A stretch of DNA of 64,000 nucleotides from Paraspadella gotoi. Lineage: Eukaryota > Animalia > Chaetognatha. The stretch is taken from the NCBI GenBank assembly GCA_051294375.1, contig CM119267.1, forward strand, positions 4,173,260-4,237,259. Reading direction: 5' to 3'. The notes under the pieces are model-generated. The model saw only the letters and a program-made list of their open reading frames with translations. It was not told the origin of the DNA and ran no database searches. This document shows, piece after piece, positions 12,198 to 23,765 of the stretch (within the stretch, counting starts at the first letter, position 1; every line of letters begins with the position of its first letter). Position numbers and translations under genes: made by a program.

Positions 12198-13337
12198 ATG
12201 AGCGATGTTAAAGCCCAGGGCGGCGGCTTTGTCGACGCGGACACTCTGGCCGTTTTACCCTGGCTACTCTGTTTCTTCGTATTCCTTGCTCTGGCCTGGC
12301 TGGGGTGGTTCCTGCGACATAGAATATCCCAGTGTTGTTGTCGACCTCCGCCCGAGATACTCGCTCTCCCGCCCTCGACTTCTCCCTCTCCGCCGTCTCA
12401 AAAGGCTTCCGACGAAGTCATTCAATGGCAGTGGATCTCCACAGGAAAACCCCCGACGCCGGTCCGCGGTCGCAGCAAATCTTACGTGGGCTTCCGATCT
12501 CGTCACTATTCCTTGCGAAGCGAAAAAAGTTGGAAAATGGTCGGCGACGACGACAGTGTGCGATTCAGCATCGGCGGCGACATGACCCCCAGCTCCAGCA
12601 AGTTTTCCATTTCCATTCCTGTTCAAAGTCCGTCCGGCCAACGGCACCTCTCCCAGAACGAATTCAAAGTGCTACTCGGCCGGGTCTGTAGCATCACGGA
12701 TCCCGAAATCAAGAAGGAGGTTTTCGAATTGACGTTCGATATCATTCAGCTGGGGTCGTGGGCCGACGATCAATGGTTCATTTTCACCATGAAACTGTTC
12801 ACTCGACACCCAGCGGGACCGAATCACGTGTCGCAATTGCAACAATATTACCGAAACGAGGGCATGAGGTTTACCGAATTGGTTCGCACCATTCTCAACG
12901 ACTGGCTGGCCTGGCAGGGAGTAGAGAAGGCAGACATGAAGGACATTTACGAGGCTTTGGAGAGTTGCGACAAGCTTGACACGGCTCACAACGCCGCCGT
13001 CAACGTCGTGCTGGCGCTTCGTCGCGCACAGGGTCGAATCACTTCCGAGTGCGTGGATCCTTTCAGCGACTGGGAAGAGTCGCAAACGTGGCCTCCCGCC
13101 CTTGATTACGAAGTTGACGCCGCCGACGATGGCGACGCAGATCTCAGCGTTTCCGTCGTCGATCCGCTCGTGAGATCAAAGAACCGGACCACGTCCGTCG
13201 GAAGTTGTTCCGACAAAGAGAACGAACAGATGCTGAGAGCCGCGGAAGTCTGCCCTCGCTTTCGCCGATATTCCGTTAATAGTTCTCTAGGATGTGAGGT
13301 TACGGGAAATGGGTCTGATGTTAACAATGGCCGCTGA
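12198..13337 (+). CDS. Single-pass membrane protein with a putative death-fold domain
   Basis: TM segment LAVLPWLLCFFVFLALAWLGWFL, juxtamembrane CCC, and a helical region ELVRTILNDWLAWQG...DIYEALESCDKLDTA resembling death-domain helices 5-6. Intronless. Confidence 0.65.
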   Translation: MSDVKAQGGGFVDADTLAVLPWLLCFFVFLALAWLGWFLRHRISQCCCRPPPEILALPPSTSPSPPSQKASDEVIQWQWISTGKPPTPVRGRSKSYVGFRSRHYSLRSEKSWKMVGDDDSVRFSIGGDMTPSSSKFSISIPVQSPSGQRHLSQNEFKVLLGRVCSITDPEIKKEVFELTFDIIQLGSWADDQWFIFTMKLFTRHPAGPNHVSQLQQYYRNEGMRFTELVRTILNDWLAWQGVEKADMKDIYEALESCDKLDTAHNAAVNVVLALRRAQGRITSECVDPFSDWEESQTWPPALDYEVDAADDGDADLSVSVVDPLVRSKNRTTSVGSCSDKENEQMLRAAEVCPRFRRYSVNSSLGCEVTGNGSDVNNGR

Positions 13338-13821
13338 TTTCTTTACTCCCTTCTTTGTTGATTTTAACTTCGCAAACCTGTGATGGGTTCTGGTATTTAA
13401 CCAGAATGTTTTTCAAAACATTTTTTCACCAAGTTTCATATTTTTAAGAAAGTAAAGTAAGAAAAATCCGTAGTGAAGATTTCACCAGTTGTCATTGGTT
13501 TAGTTTTCGGAGAAAGATATTAACATTAATTTTTGTTAGGTGCGATCACTCGTCAGAGAAATTCTCGATTGTTGTCAAGTTTTACTTGTTTATTTTTATT
13601 TAAGTTTTTATTAACGAGGAAAATTATTACCATTTTATCTGCAATTACAGCATTCGTCTTTTGTGATGATTACTTCAGATTTAGTTTTCTAGAGCAGCAT
13701 GTTGCTCTTAAGATTTATTATTCTTGTTTATTCTATTTTTAAAATAGATCTAAGATGACTGATATTACACTTACGAATTTCAGCAGTAGATTGTATTTAT
13801 TTTGGGGAGTGTATTTTTGTA

Positions 13822-15333
13822 ATGAACATGAGAACGGGGGCAAATCCTACATCCTCTAAACGTTCTCAACAAACATTTAATCAGAACATTGAAACAGCCA
13901 GCAGTGATTTTATAGGCAGTCCCACCGAGAAAGGTAGAATGAGCGCAGTATCCGATAATCCAACCCAAGCTTTAACGCCTTCCAAGCCTACAGACAAAAC
14001 GGTCCTCGCTAACAAAGGTTTTCTGTGCAAACACACAATCGGGTCCGGCAGTTATTCCAAAGTCAAAATTGCCATTCGTATCCGGAGTTCTTCCAGCACA
14101 GAAAAGTATGCTTTCAAAATCATCGACCGCTCCAAAGCCCCAAAAGACTTTCAGCAAAAGTTTTTGCCTCGGGAACTTGAGATTTGGCCCCAACTGAAAC
14201 ATCCCAACATTATTCGGATGTACAGTTATTTCGAGCACGATCCTAAGATTTACATGTTATTGGAATACGCTTCCAACGGTGACGTGTTGGAGCACGTGCA
14301 GAAAAGTGGGGCCCTGAGCCAGAGGCAGGCTCGTACGTGGATCAAGCAAATCTGCGACGCGGTTTCTTATCTTCACAGGTTGGGGATCGCTCACCGGGAT
14401 CTCAAGTTAGAGAACCTGTTGATCGACGAAAAATTCAACATCAAAATTTGCGATTTTGGTTTCGCCAAAATGGATATCGTCAATCCGAGCGCCACCTTTT
14501 GCGGATCCAAAGCCTACGCCGCTCCGGAGATCCTGGCCGGGAACGAGTACATACCTACCAAGGCGGACGTTTGGGCCGTTGGTGTCATTCTTTACATTTT
14601 TGTCACCGGCTCGATGCCCTTCAACGAAGAAAATCGAAACCGAGTCATTTTGAACGCTCAAAAGAGTCTCGCTTTTCCCTGGGGGAAATTCTACGGGATC
14701 TCTGCAGAGTGTAAGAGCCTCATTCTCACGATGCTCACGTACGACTTTTCCGAGCGTCCCGACATTCACTGCATCCTCAAAGACCCATGGTTCGTAATAG
14801 AAAAGCCAATCAAACCCAAGTTCCCTCCTCGTCCCAAGTCTTTTGGGGATGGGTTCGATTCCGAGGCGAGAGGTTCCGTATCCGTCGAAAGTGGTGTTCC
14901 TTCTTCCCCGAAGATGCCGCAGTACCGTCACGCGGGTCACTTTTCACAAAGGCCACAGTTACGTCAAAGGCATGATGCATCCTCCAGGCATCCGGCGACC
15001 CACTATGACGGTGCGTCCTCTCAGTACTCCAACTCTTCAGCTTACAACGGTTCCGTTCCCAGGTCGAAGCCCGCGGAAGAGAAACGGTTGTCTGGTTTGA
15101 CGTATCCCGGTTCTGTTCTGAGAGCTCCGAGATCCGAGGTCAAGACCCCCTCCCCGTTGGCCGAACCTCCGAGGCCCAAGAGGATTTGGTTGAACGCGGG
15201 ATCGGGAGAGCAGAGCGATAAAGAAAAGCATTGGAGGAGCGTTCAACCCCCAAACGCCGGTTACGTGCCCAAGGCCGTCAAGGATTTGTCCTATTCCTCA
15301 AAACAGAGTCACGAACGGCAGTACCGACGTTGA
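13822..15333 (+). CDS. Testis-specific serine/threonine kinase (TSSK)-like, intronless, long C-terminal tail
   Basis: GSGSYSKVK, the TSSK-typical APKDFQQKFLPREL, HRDLKLEN, DFGFAK and TFCGSKAYAAPE. Confidence 0.88.
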   Translation: MNMRTGANPTSSKRSQQTFNQNIETASSDFIGSPTEKGRMSAVSDNPTQALTPSKPTDKTVLANKGFLCKHTIGSGSYSKVKIAIRIRSSSSTEKYAFKIIDRSKAPKDFQQKFLPRELEIWPQLKHPNIIRMYSYFEHDPKIYMLLEYASNGDVLEHVQKSGALSQRQARTWIKQICDAVSYLHRLGIAHRDLKLENLLIDEKFNIKICDFGFAKMDIVNPSATFCGSKAYAAPEILAGNEYIPTKADVWAVGVILYIFVTGSMPFNEENRNRVILNAQKSLAFPWGKFYGISAECKSLILTMLTYDFSERPDIHCILKDPWFVIEKPIKPKFPPRPKSFGDGFDSEARGSVSVESGVPSSPKMPQYRHAGHFSQRPQLRQRHDASSRHPATHYDGASSQYSNSSAYNGSVPRSKPAEEKRLSGLTYPGSVLRAPRSEVKTPSPLAEPPRPKRIWLNAGSGEQSDKEKHWRSVQPPNAGYVPKAVKDLSYSSKQSHERQYRR

Positions 15334-15883
15334 GATTTAGTCCAGTCATCTAGCTTTCAATCAATTGAATAGGAGATAAAATTCCCTCATAGATCTAGTC
15401 AAACTGAGAATCAATTGTTTAGATATTTGCTCGAATTCATGATTTTCTTTACTTTTTTTTTACACACTAAATACCTCAAACTCAAAGTTTAAAAATCCTT
15501 CCGAGAGTCAATGGGTTTTTTTGTTTTTTTTGAATGGTGAAAATAACAACGGTTTTAGTAGTGCAACAGATTAGGTTTTAATCCTTTCTGGTTACTGCGC
15601 TATTTTCTTCTGAACGATTTGATTTATCGCAATAACGTCCTGTTATATTTCAAGTTGTGGCAATTTTGTTATACAACCGTGTACCAGTTTTGGGAAAACC
15701 CTTTTATCGCGAATGAAGCAGTGTTATTCATTCAAAAATTAGTTGCGCAATGAGATTAGATACCTAGATTTAATTAATTGTTTTAAAAAGTATTATTTTT
15801 ACCAATTTTTTTATCAGTTTTTTATTTAAATGTGTTGAACGCTACCTCATCAAACGTCCCAGTAACGGTTGACCGAGTTTTGG

Positions 15884-17494
15884 ATGGAAGCGAAAAAACT
15901 GACGATTTCGGCTAAACTCCCAGTCAAATATTTACAGGCTGAACATTTAACCGGATTCGATAACTACAAGTATTGCTCGGTGGATAACTCTCCCTTGAGC
16001 CTTTACGTTACTCACCCTTTTTGGGAAAGATGCGTCAAAGTGAGTTTGGCTTAATTCGAACCAAATCTTTTCGCGTTCCCCCTATTCTCTAAAATCTTAA
16101 AATTTTCAGCTTTGTCCTCGTTGGTTGGCTCCGAATTTGATGACGTTCGCTGGATTTTTGCTCCTCGTCGCCAACTTCACGGTTTTGTCTTATTATGATC
16201 CGCACTTTCTCGTGTCGTCTCGCCCCGAGACGCCCTCGGTTTCGACGACGCCGGGGTTCATTCCTTCGTGGGTCTGGGTTTTTTGCGCCTTGGCTCAGTT
16301 CATCGCTCACACCTTGGACGGATGCGACGGGAAGCAGGCGCGCCGGACAGGATCGTCGAGTCCTCTGGGCGAACTCTTCGACCACGGACTCGACGCCTGG
16401 TCTTGTCTCTTTCTCCCGGTCGCCCTTTATTCCGTTTTTGGTCGCTCGCTAATGTATTCAGGTTAAAACGGAAATCGGGAGTGCTTGTAAATTGTACGTA
16501 TTTTTGATTCTGCTTTAACTATTTTCTTTTTTTCCTCGTTTGCAGTTTCGCCTCTGCGGTTTTACTTTATCGTTTACGTTGTTTGTTTCCAGTTTTTTCT
16601 CAGTCATTGGGAAAAGTACAATACGGGCGTGTTATATTTGCCTTGGGCTTATGACGCCAGCCAAGTGAGTTTCTTGAAAATTAAATATTATTTTATTTAT
16701 TAACCGAAAAGAACTTTCTTTTTCTCTCCACAGTTGTCTTTGGTACTGGTTTACCTTCTCACTTTTTTTTTCGGAGTCGGAATATGGCAGAGAACTGTTC
16801 TTGGAACCAAAATCTCCATCGGTCACATGGGCGAAACCATTTTTTATTTAACGGCCTTCGCCCTTTCTCTACCCGTCAGCGTATGGAACACGTATGTATC
16901 TCTAGGGGAGTGGGGGAAAAATTGTCGCTTTATCTTTTGGTAAGAACGGATTTGATTAAACGAATTTTCAGATACGTCGCATATCGCGATAAAACCGGAA
17001 AGGGTCGATCTCTGTGGCAGGCAAACGCGCCGTGGTTTCCCTTCGCCCTGCTCTTCTGTCTCACAACTTATTGGGCGATTGGATCCCGCAACAAAATTCT
17101 CGAGTCGCAACCGCGACTCTTTTTCTGGATGTGCGGAACCGTTTTTGCCAACATCACTTGCAGGCTGATCGTGGCGCAGGTAGAGAATTTGTCTCGACTC
17201 AACGGTTTTATTAAACGCAAAATAACGTTTGACGAATTTCGCCAGATGTCCTCGACAGACGCTCCGACCTTCAACCCCCTTTTGTCGCCGATAATTCTGT
17301 GCGACGTGGTGCTTTCCTTTAGCGTATGGCGCTTCGTCGAGGAGCTCCTTCTCTTTCTTGTCTGCGTCGGCGTCACCGTCGCTCACGTTCATTACGGCGT
17401 CGGCGTCGTCAAGGAAATGGCCGATCATTTCGGAATCAAAGTTTTCTCATTGACGAAAGAGCCCTCGGAAGATAAGGTGTCTGGGAGGTCTTGA
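15884..17494 (+). CDS. EPT1: Ethanolamine phosphotransferase 1 (SELENOI homolog, no Sec evident), 6 exons
   Basis: [31 protein letters not shown]-alcohol phosphotransferase motif [41 protein letters not shown] and HVHYGVGVV. Confidence 0.9.
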
Positions 17495-19261
17495 AAGTTT
17501 CGCCTTTCGGTTAAAATAGTGAATTTTTAAAATTAAGCTTTTTTTTTTCTCGCTAGTAGTTGCTTTCTGTCCACTGTCCCCCTCGCCAGCAATTTCGAGC
17601 TTCTCTTCGTAAGGAGATTGATTGGGTTTCCGGCACTGCGCGCTTTAGTCTGTTATTGTTAGTTGGTTTTATGTTGATTTGAGAAAACGTGTTTGATTTG
17701 CCTTTTTTTTTCCTTTCCGTAAAATTTTCATAGTTTTAATGTTTTTGTTACCCCTCTTTTGCAAAACCTAATTTGAATAATTATACTTTATTAATATTAA
17801 AATAGCTTAACGCTTAGGAAGTGTGATAGAAAAAAAATTTACATTCAGTTTCATATTATGTTTTTCTTTATGCCATAAAGGTGGTAATGTAGCTTTACTA
17901 TCTACTATACCATTAAGATTTTTCAATTATACAAAAATTTGTTTCGCACTTCTTGTTTGTGGGCGAAAATTATTTATGTCTCAGTATTTTTAAAGAGTAA
18001 AATTTTACTTTGGCCAACTAATGAATAATAATTTAAAAAATTAAAAATTTATTGCCCAACTACCCTTAAACCCCCCTCAACCTGAACCACCGATAAACCA
18101 TAAATCCCACCTAACCCCAGTCGATGAATGTAAAATTAAGCCTTTTAAGAGTTTTGTCAAAAAAATGAAATCATCATTATTGAATTGGATGAAGGATGAA
18201 GGTATAAGCTAAGAAGAATTTCAGAAAAGATGGATTTGTTAAAATTAATGTTTCTCTCAAACCTTTAAAGATCTGCTAAAATAAATATACTTCTTTTTTC
18301 TCCCAAATCTACTTGGGCACCTTTCCTAAACTATATTCATGAGTTATTATGTGATAGTTTGTGATACAGTGATAATTTTAGTGAAATTTTGCCACATTCC
18401 TCAAGATAAACATTGCTTTTACTCACGTTATATGCCTTATATTTACAAATTGTTTTGAATTTACACAAAAAATTACACTAACAAATATTCACTAAGTATT
18501 TTAATAGAATGAATGAAATATTTATTTCAAAATCCAAAATTTAGCTCGGATAATTCGTATAGAATAATATATTATTTCTATCGTTTCAGTCAAATGTGCC
18601 ATTTTTTGAAAGAAAAAAAAGTTTTGTTAATGCGACGTATAATATCAGAGCGTGATAGATGTTGTTTTTATTTTTTAAAGCAACATAAGGACTGCTCAAC
18701 ATTATTGCCATACAATATATACTCCGTATTGGTTCTGGAGGTGTAACTCGTATTCATATTGTAGTGTTAACGGTAGAACAATTTTTGACTCCGATTTTTA
18801 TATTTAAAACGTCAATGACTTTTGTTCAAATATAAGATTAATGTTAATCTAGTAATCTTACTCATTTAAATCTTGTTCTCAACTTTTCCGGAAATACTAA
18901 ATAAAACGGATTCTACCCATAATAATGTGTAGTGTAAAATTTTTAAATCAGTAATTGTTTATAATTAAAGTATAGTAAACTCCAAATTTTATAATCTGAT
19001 TTAGTACTTTAATTAATCAATCTTTATCTTTTTACTTAAATAGTGATTGAAAATTAATGACACTTTTTTGCCACCTCCTCTCCGTTAAGAGTACTTAATT
19101 TAAAAAACGAAATTGGTATTCCACAAAAATTCTGCGTCGATCTGTCTTGATTAGTCAACTCTTTATATAAAACTTAACCTTCTAAGTTGATATCTTTCAC
19201 AGAACTTTCACAGTTAGATCAATCTATATATGAAGCGATGTGACTTCGCAATCGCAGGAAA

Positions 19262-21672
19262 ATGAGACGACTCACGATAGGCCACCTGACGGGGGCCTCT
19301 GCCGGGAGAATTTTCTCCTCAGATGGAACCTTCTTCGCTGTACGTCGAACTTTCGGCGTCGCGCGGCGTCTCCTCAACGACGCCGTAGTTTCCCATGAAA
19401 CGGCGGAGCTTCCCCGGACCAGCGTCGTCGAGGCGTTGGAGTTAGATTCTCACGAGGAACTGGAGGAGCCGGCAGAGCCTCGCCTTTGGTTTCGACCCGT
19501 GGGAAAGAAGACTGGAATCTCTTTGCGCAACAGTTTGACCGGTAGAAAGGAAGAGCTTGTCCTTAAAGGAAGAGCTGCCACGTGGTACATGTGCGGACCC
19601 ACCGTTTATGACGACGCTCATGTGGGTAGGACTAATTAAGTTTTGAACGCGTTTTGTTGGGTGTTAATCGAAAAATTCCCGTCCAGTCCCCTGATTGACC
19701 ATTTTCTATTCAGGTCATGCGTCCTGTTGCGTTCGTTTCGACGTCATTCGTCGGATTCTCACAGAGTTTTTCGACATCGACGTCGTCTTCGTCATGTGCG
19801 TCACGGACATTGACGACAAGATAATCTCGAGGGCGAAGATTCTGCAACAGTCGGCGGAACAGCTCGCCCAACATTACGAGAGGTTAATGGCGAACTGGGA
19901 ATGGGGGTGGTGGAGTCCAAGGGATTTATAGATCATCCTTGATCCATTCAGTCGTTTCCTCTCCGATCTCCGCTTGCTCAACGTCCTTCCCCCCGCCTTC
20001 TCACCGCGCGTCTCCGATTTCATCCCTCAAATCATCGCCTTTGTCCAACGCCTCGTCGAAGCCGGCCGAGCCTACGAAAGTCACGGATCCGTCTATTTCG
20101 ATCTCTTGGCCCACGAGGCGACCTCCACGCCTCACCCTCGCCTTCGCCCACCGCTCCCGGTCGAGGGCGCCGCGCCCTTCGTTGGCGCAAAGAACAGATC
20201 CGACGAGAAGAGAGACTCGCGGGATTTCGCCGTGTGGAAAGCCTCGAGGGCTGATGAGCCCGGATGGGACAGCCCTTGGGGAAAGGGTCGACCCGGTTGG
20301 CACGTGGAATGTTCGGCCATGGCCTCTGCCGTCTTCGGGGACAACATTGACATTCATTCGGGCGGAAGGGATCTGCTCTTTCCTCATCACGAGAACGAGA
20401 TTACTCAGGTGATGAGATTGAAACAACAAATTGTTTTCGTTATGTCTCTTGTAGTTGTTTTTATATGTTTAATGAATATCGCAGTGTCATGCCTACCACG
20501 ATTGTAAACAATGGGTCAACTATTGGTTGCACGCCGGAAGCTTGGTTGTCGGCGAGGATGAAACGAAAATGTCCAAGTCATTAAAAAACACTATTAGCGT
20601 GCCAGCTCTTCTTCAGGCTTATTCTGCCAATCAGTTCAGGATGCTCTGTATCGGCAGGTTTGTTCGCAATATATTCATAACATCGGTTAAACATTGGTTA
20701 AAATCGATGGACCTATATTTTTGTTCAGTCATTATCGGAGCCAAATTAACTTCTCATCCGCGAAAATGTACAAAGCGGCGGAGACTTTGCATCAGATCGA
20801 ATCTTTCCTGCATCTCGCTCAAATGTACATGAGAGGTAAAACTTGACAAGTGACAAATTATTTTTCTAAAAATTTTGATGTTAAAAAACGGTGTTTTGAA
20901 TTTTTCCGCCAGGGAAACACGTGTGCGGTCAAGTCGACGTGTCCCACTTGAAGAGAGTTTTAGAATCGACGAAAAATTCCGTGGCGGAGGCGTTGGCGGA
21001 CGACTTTGACACGCCCACTGCGCTGGAACATCTCAAGATGCTCGTCCACGAAGGTATAATCCGAGATGGTACTATGATGAAGATTCAAAAGCTTTTAAAA
21101 ATACTTTGAAATAATAGGCAACGTTGAGCTGTCGAAGAAAGTAACTGGACATGATACGGGGAACACATTAACAGGAGTTTTCGCGTCGTACATTTCTTAC
21201 ATCAAAAGGCATGTAACCACTTTTCGAAGTTTTTCTTTTTTAAAAAAAACCTTCATCAGTCTCCTTCACTTTCCCCAGAACCATGTCCGTCTTCGGAATG
21301 ACGGGCGGCATTTACGACGCATCCACCTCGTCATCCTCCGCCGCCGACACCTCCTTGGAGACTGTCCTCGAGTGGCTCGTCGATTTCCGCTCCGCAGTTC
21401 GCGGGTTCGCCCTCGACGAGAGTGACCGATCCGAGAGCGAAGTCGTCATCTCGGCGGAAGCGAAAGCAGAGGCGAAGAAGCGACGACGCGCCACCCTGGC
21501 CGAACGTCGGCCTCTTCTCGAGGCCTGCGACCGGATCAGAGAACGTTTAGCCGGCGAAGGGATTCAAATACTCGATCAGAGCAGAGAAAGTCTGGACGTG
21601 AAGTCTTCATGGAAAAGGGTGGATCCCAACGTTGTAGAACATAAGAGATCGAAGAAGGATGTCGGCGAGTGA
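19262..21672 (+). CDS. CARS2: Mitochondrial cysteinyl-tRNA synthetase, 8 exons
   Basis: [17 protein letters not shown] (HIGH-like), [38 protein letters not shown] and an Arg-rich presequence. Last intron 21209-21278 is GC-AG. Confidence 0.9.
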
Positions 21673-21935
21673 ATCGGATCCGCGGTTGGAAGGATGGCGA
21701 TTCAGAAAAAAAAAATTATATTGTTGGCTATCTGGTTATTTTTAGTTTTTATTTAAAATCTGTTACATTTTGTCTTATTAAATATTCTAATATTTATTGT
21801 CGAAATCGTTCTTTATATATTTTTGTTGACAGGCGTCGTCTGAAAAATCGGAAGCTAGCTCCATTACACTTTCTCGACTAATATTAAATATAATCGATGC
21901 CGGTCCAACGCTAGTTAGGTTTACTTAACTGGAGG

Positions 21936-23616
21936 ATGCTATTTCTAAGTCTCGTTGCCGGCGGCCAATGGATCATTGCCTCCACCCGCCCCGAAGAGAG
22001 GGCTTCATTTATAAAGAGTTTTAGTCCGAGAAAGAACCGATCGTTGATTCACGTTTCCGACCTTCCCGTGCTGACCGAATGCGACGCCCGCGTTTCCGAT
22101 TTGGTCTCGTGCTTGGACCAATTGAGCCAAGGAGTTTCGGTCTCAATGCGCAAAGCGGAGACGCAACGACGGTCCTTTCGGCGCGCTCGTCGTCAGAAAC
22201 AAAAGGACGAGTCCGGCATCGAGGACATCTGGCGGAAGGCGTTAAAACGAACGAAGGGGAAGACGACCTTCGAACCCGAGCCAGAGTCTGACCCAGATTT
22301 CGAGGAATTGGAGCTGATGCACAGTCTTTCCATCCCGCGACGAGCTTGCCTGCTCGACGAACCATTTCTGATGGAGCGGGGAAGATGGGCCGTTCCCACA
22401 GACGAAGAAGAACCCGCGGATTATAATAATCTGGCGGACGAACCTTCGCCAAAGACGCCGCCGCGTTTTAACGACGACGCCGAGTTTAGAGAGAAGCAGC
22501 TGGAGAGCGCCGGATATCACTCCGACTCGGAAATCTCGAATCGAGATGAATTTGTGCAGGTCGGTGAAAGTTCTTCTTTACGTCCCTTTTATTTCAACTT
22601 AAAGAAATTCGTATTATCTCTTCAATTAAATAATGCACGTGATCTTGAGGCCTTTATTTTCTAAAACTTATCAAATATATGTCGAGGTGCACGCGAATAC
22701 TTGGGCATTAAAGCAAACGCTTAACATTTTACGAAGGTACTAAATTAGTGACTTTTCATCCGATCTTATTTATCAGTCCAATTTCACGGATCGCGTTTCT
22801 TCTTCGCCTATCCCGATATCCTTTGACGATTCAAGTCCCGTATCCAGTTTTAAAAGTGGAAACAAACGTTTTATTTTCGACGATTTCAAAACCGATATGG
22901 ATTCCGTCATTGGTAGTCCTGAATATGTTGTAGAATATGAAGTTGCATCCTCCCGCTTATTAGAATGCGATGATTCGGAAGAAAATGGAACCATCGATGA
23001 CAATGACGGTTTCATGACCAGTCTTGAAGAGAGACAATCTGGGGACACAAATGTCCGCTGTATACAGCATAATGACGAAACTAAAGAACCCCTTGTCAAT
23101 GAGGGGGTCGAGGGCCACTGTGTTGGGAGTTCTGCCGCTCTTAAGAGCTGTAACGCAGCTAATTCTGAAGCGATCGGTGTCAAAAGATCTTACGAAACTT
23201 CCATTTCAACCTCGCGTGAAGGAGAGATCGCAAATGTCAACGCCGCTTTTAAGGGGACCAAAAGTAGGCTAAACCTAAAAAATCTGCCCCCTTTCTCGTG
23301 CAAGTTCTGTAAAAGCTTATTATTCCCGGATGTCAAACGTTTGTATCGTCACATTCTAAAAAGTCATAGTCTCAGGTGCTCACGATGCGACAGAAGTTTT
23401 TTCTCGAAAAATCTGTTTGAACAACACAAAAATATTTGCGTCTCTTATTCTTGCCACTTTTGCCAAGCCCCGCAGAGGTCTTTAAAATCCTTGAAGGCAC
23501 ACGAGGAATGTCAGCATCGAGCCAAAAGATATTGTTGCAGAATCTGCGCTCAAAGATTTCGTTTTAGGTCAACTTTGAAGGAACATCTTTTACAACACGG
23601 ATCTTTTACTTTTTAG
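21936..23616 (+). CDS. C2H2 zinc-finger protein (2 exons; four C-terminal fingers)
   Basis: Phase-0 intron from about 22559 to 22775 joins the two ORFs. C-terminal CxxC...HxxxH repeats (CKFC, CSRC, CHFC, CRIC). Start codon uncertain. Confidence 0.7.
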
Positions 23617-23765
23617 GAAACTTACTTTGTAATTTTTGTAATTCGTACCTGTTTCGGTATTTTTTTAGTTTAACGTTGAACCTATATTGTTTTCCAATGA
23701 ATGCTTTTCATTGATGTTATTTTTATGATACTGTTTTTTAAAAGATTTAGTATAAATGGATAAAG

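Noticed and set aside
17480-17660. EPT1/SELENOI ends in TGA, so a possible selenocysteine codon
   Set aside because: The TGA lies several residues beyond the position matching the vertebrate Sec, and I see no SECIS core (AUGA...AA...GA) in the 3' region.
18160-18270. Fragment resembling a Tc1-type helix-turn-helix (IIELDEG*RYKLRRISEKM)
   Set aside because: Too short, interrupted by a stop, and no TIRs or DDE region nearby.
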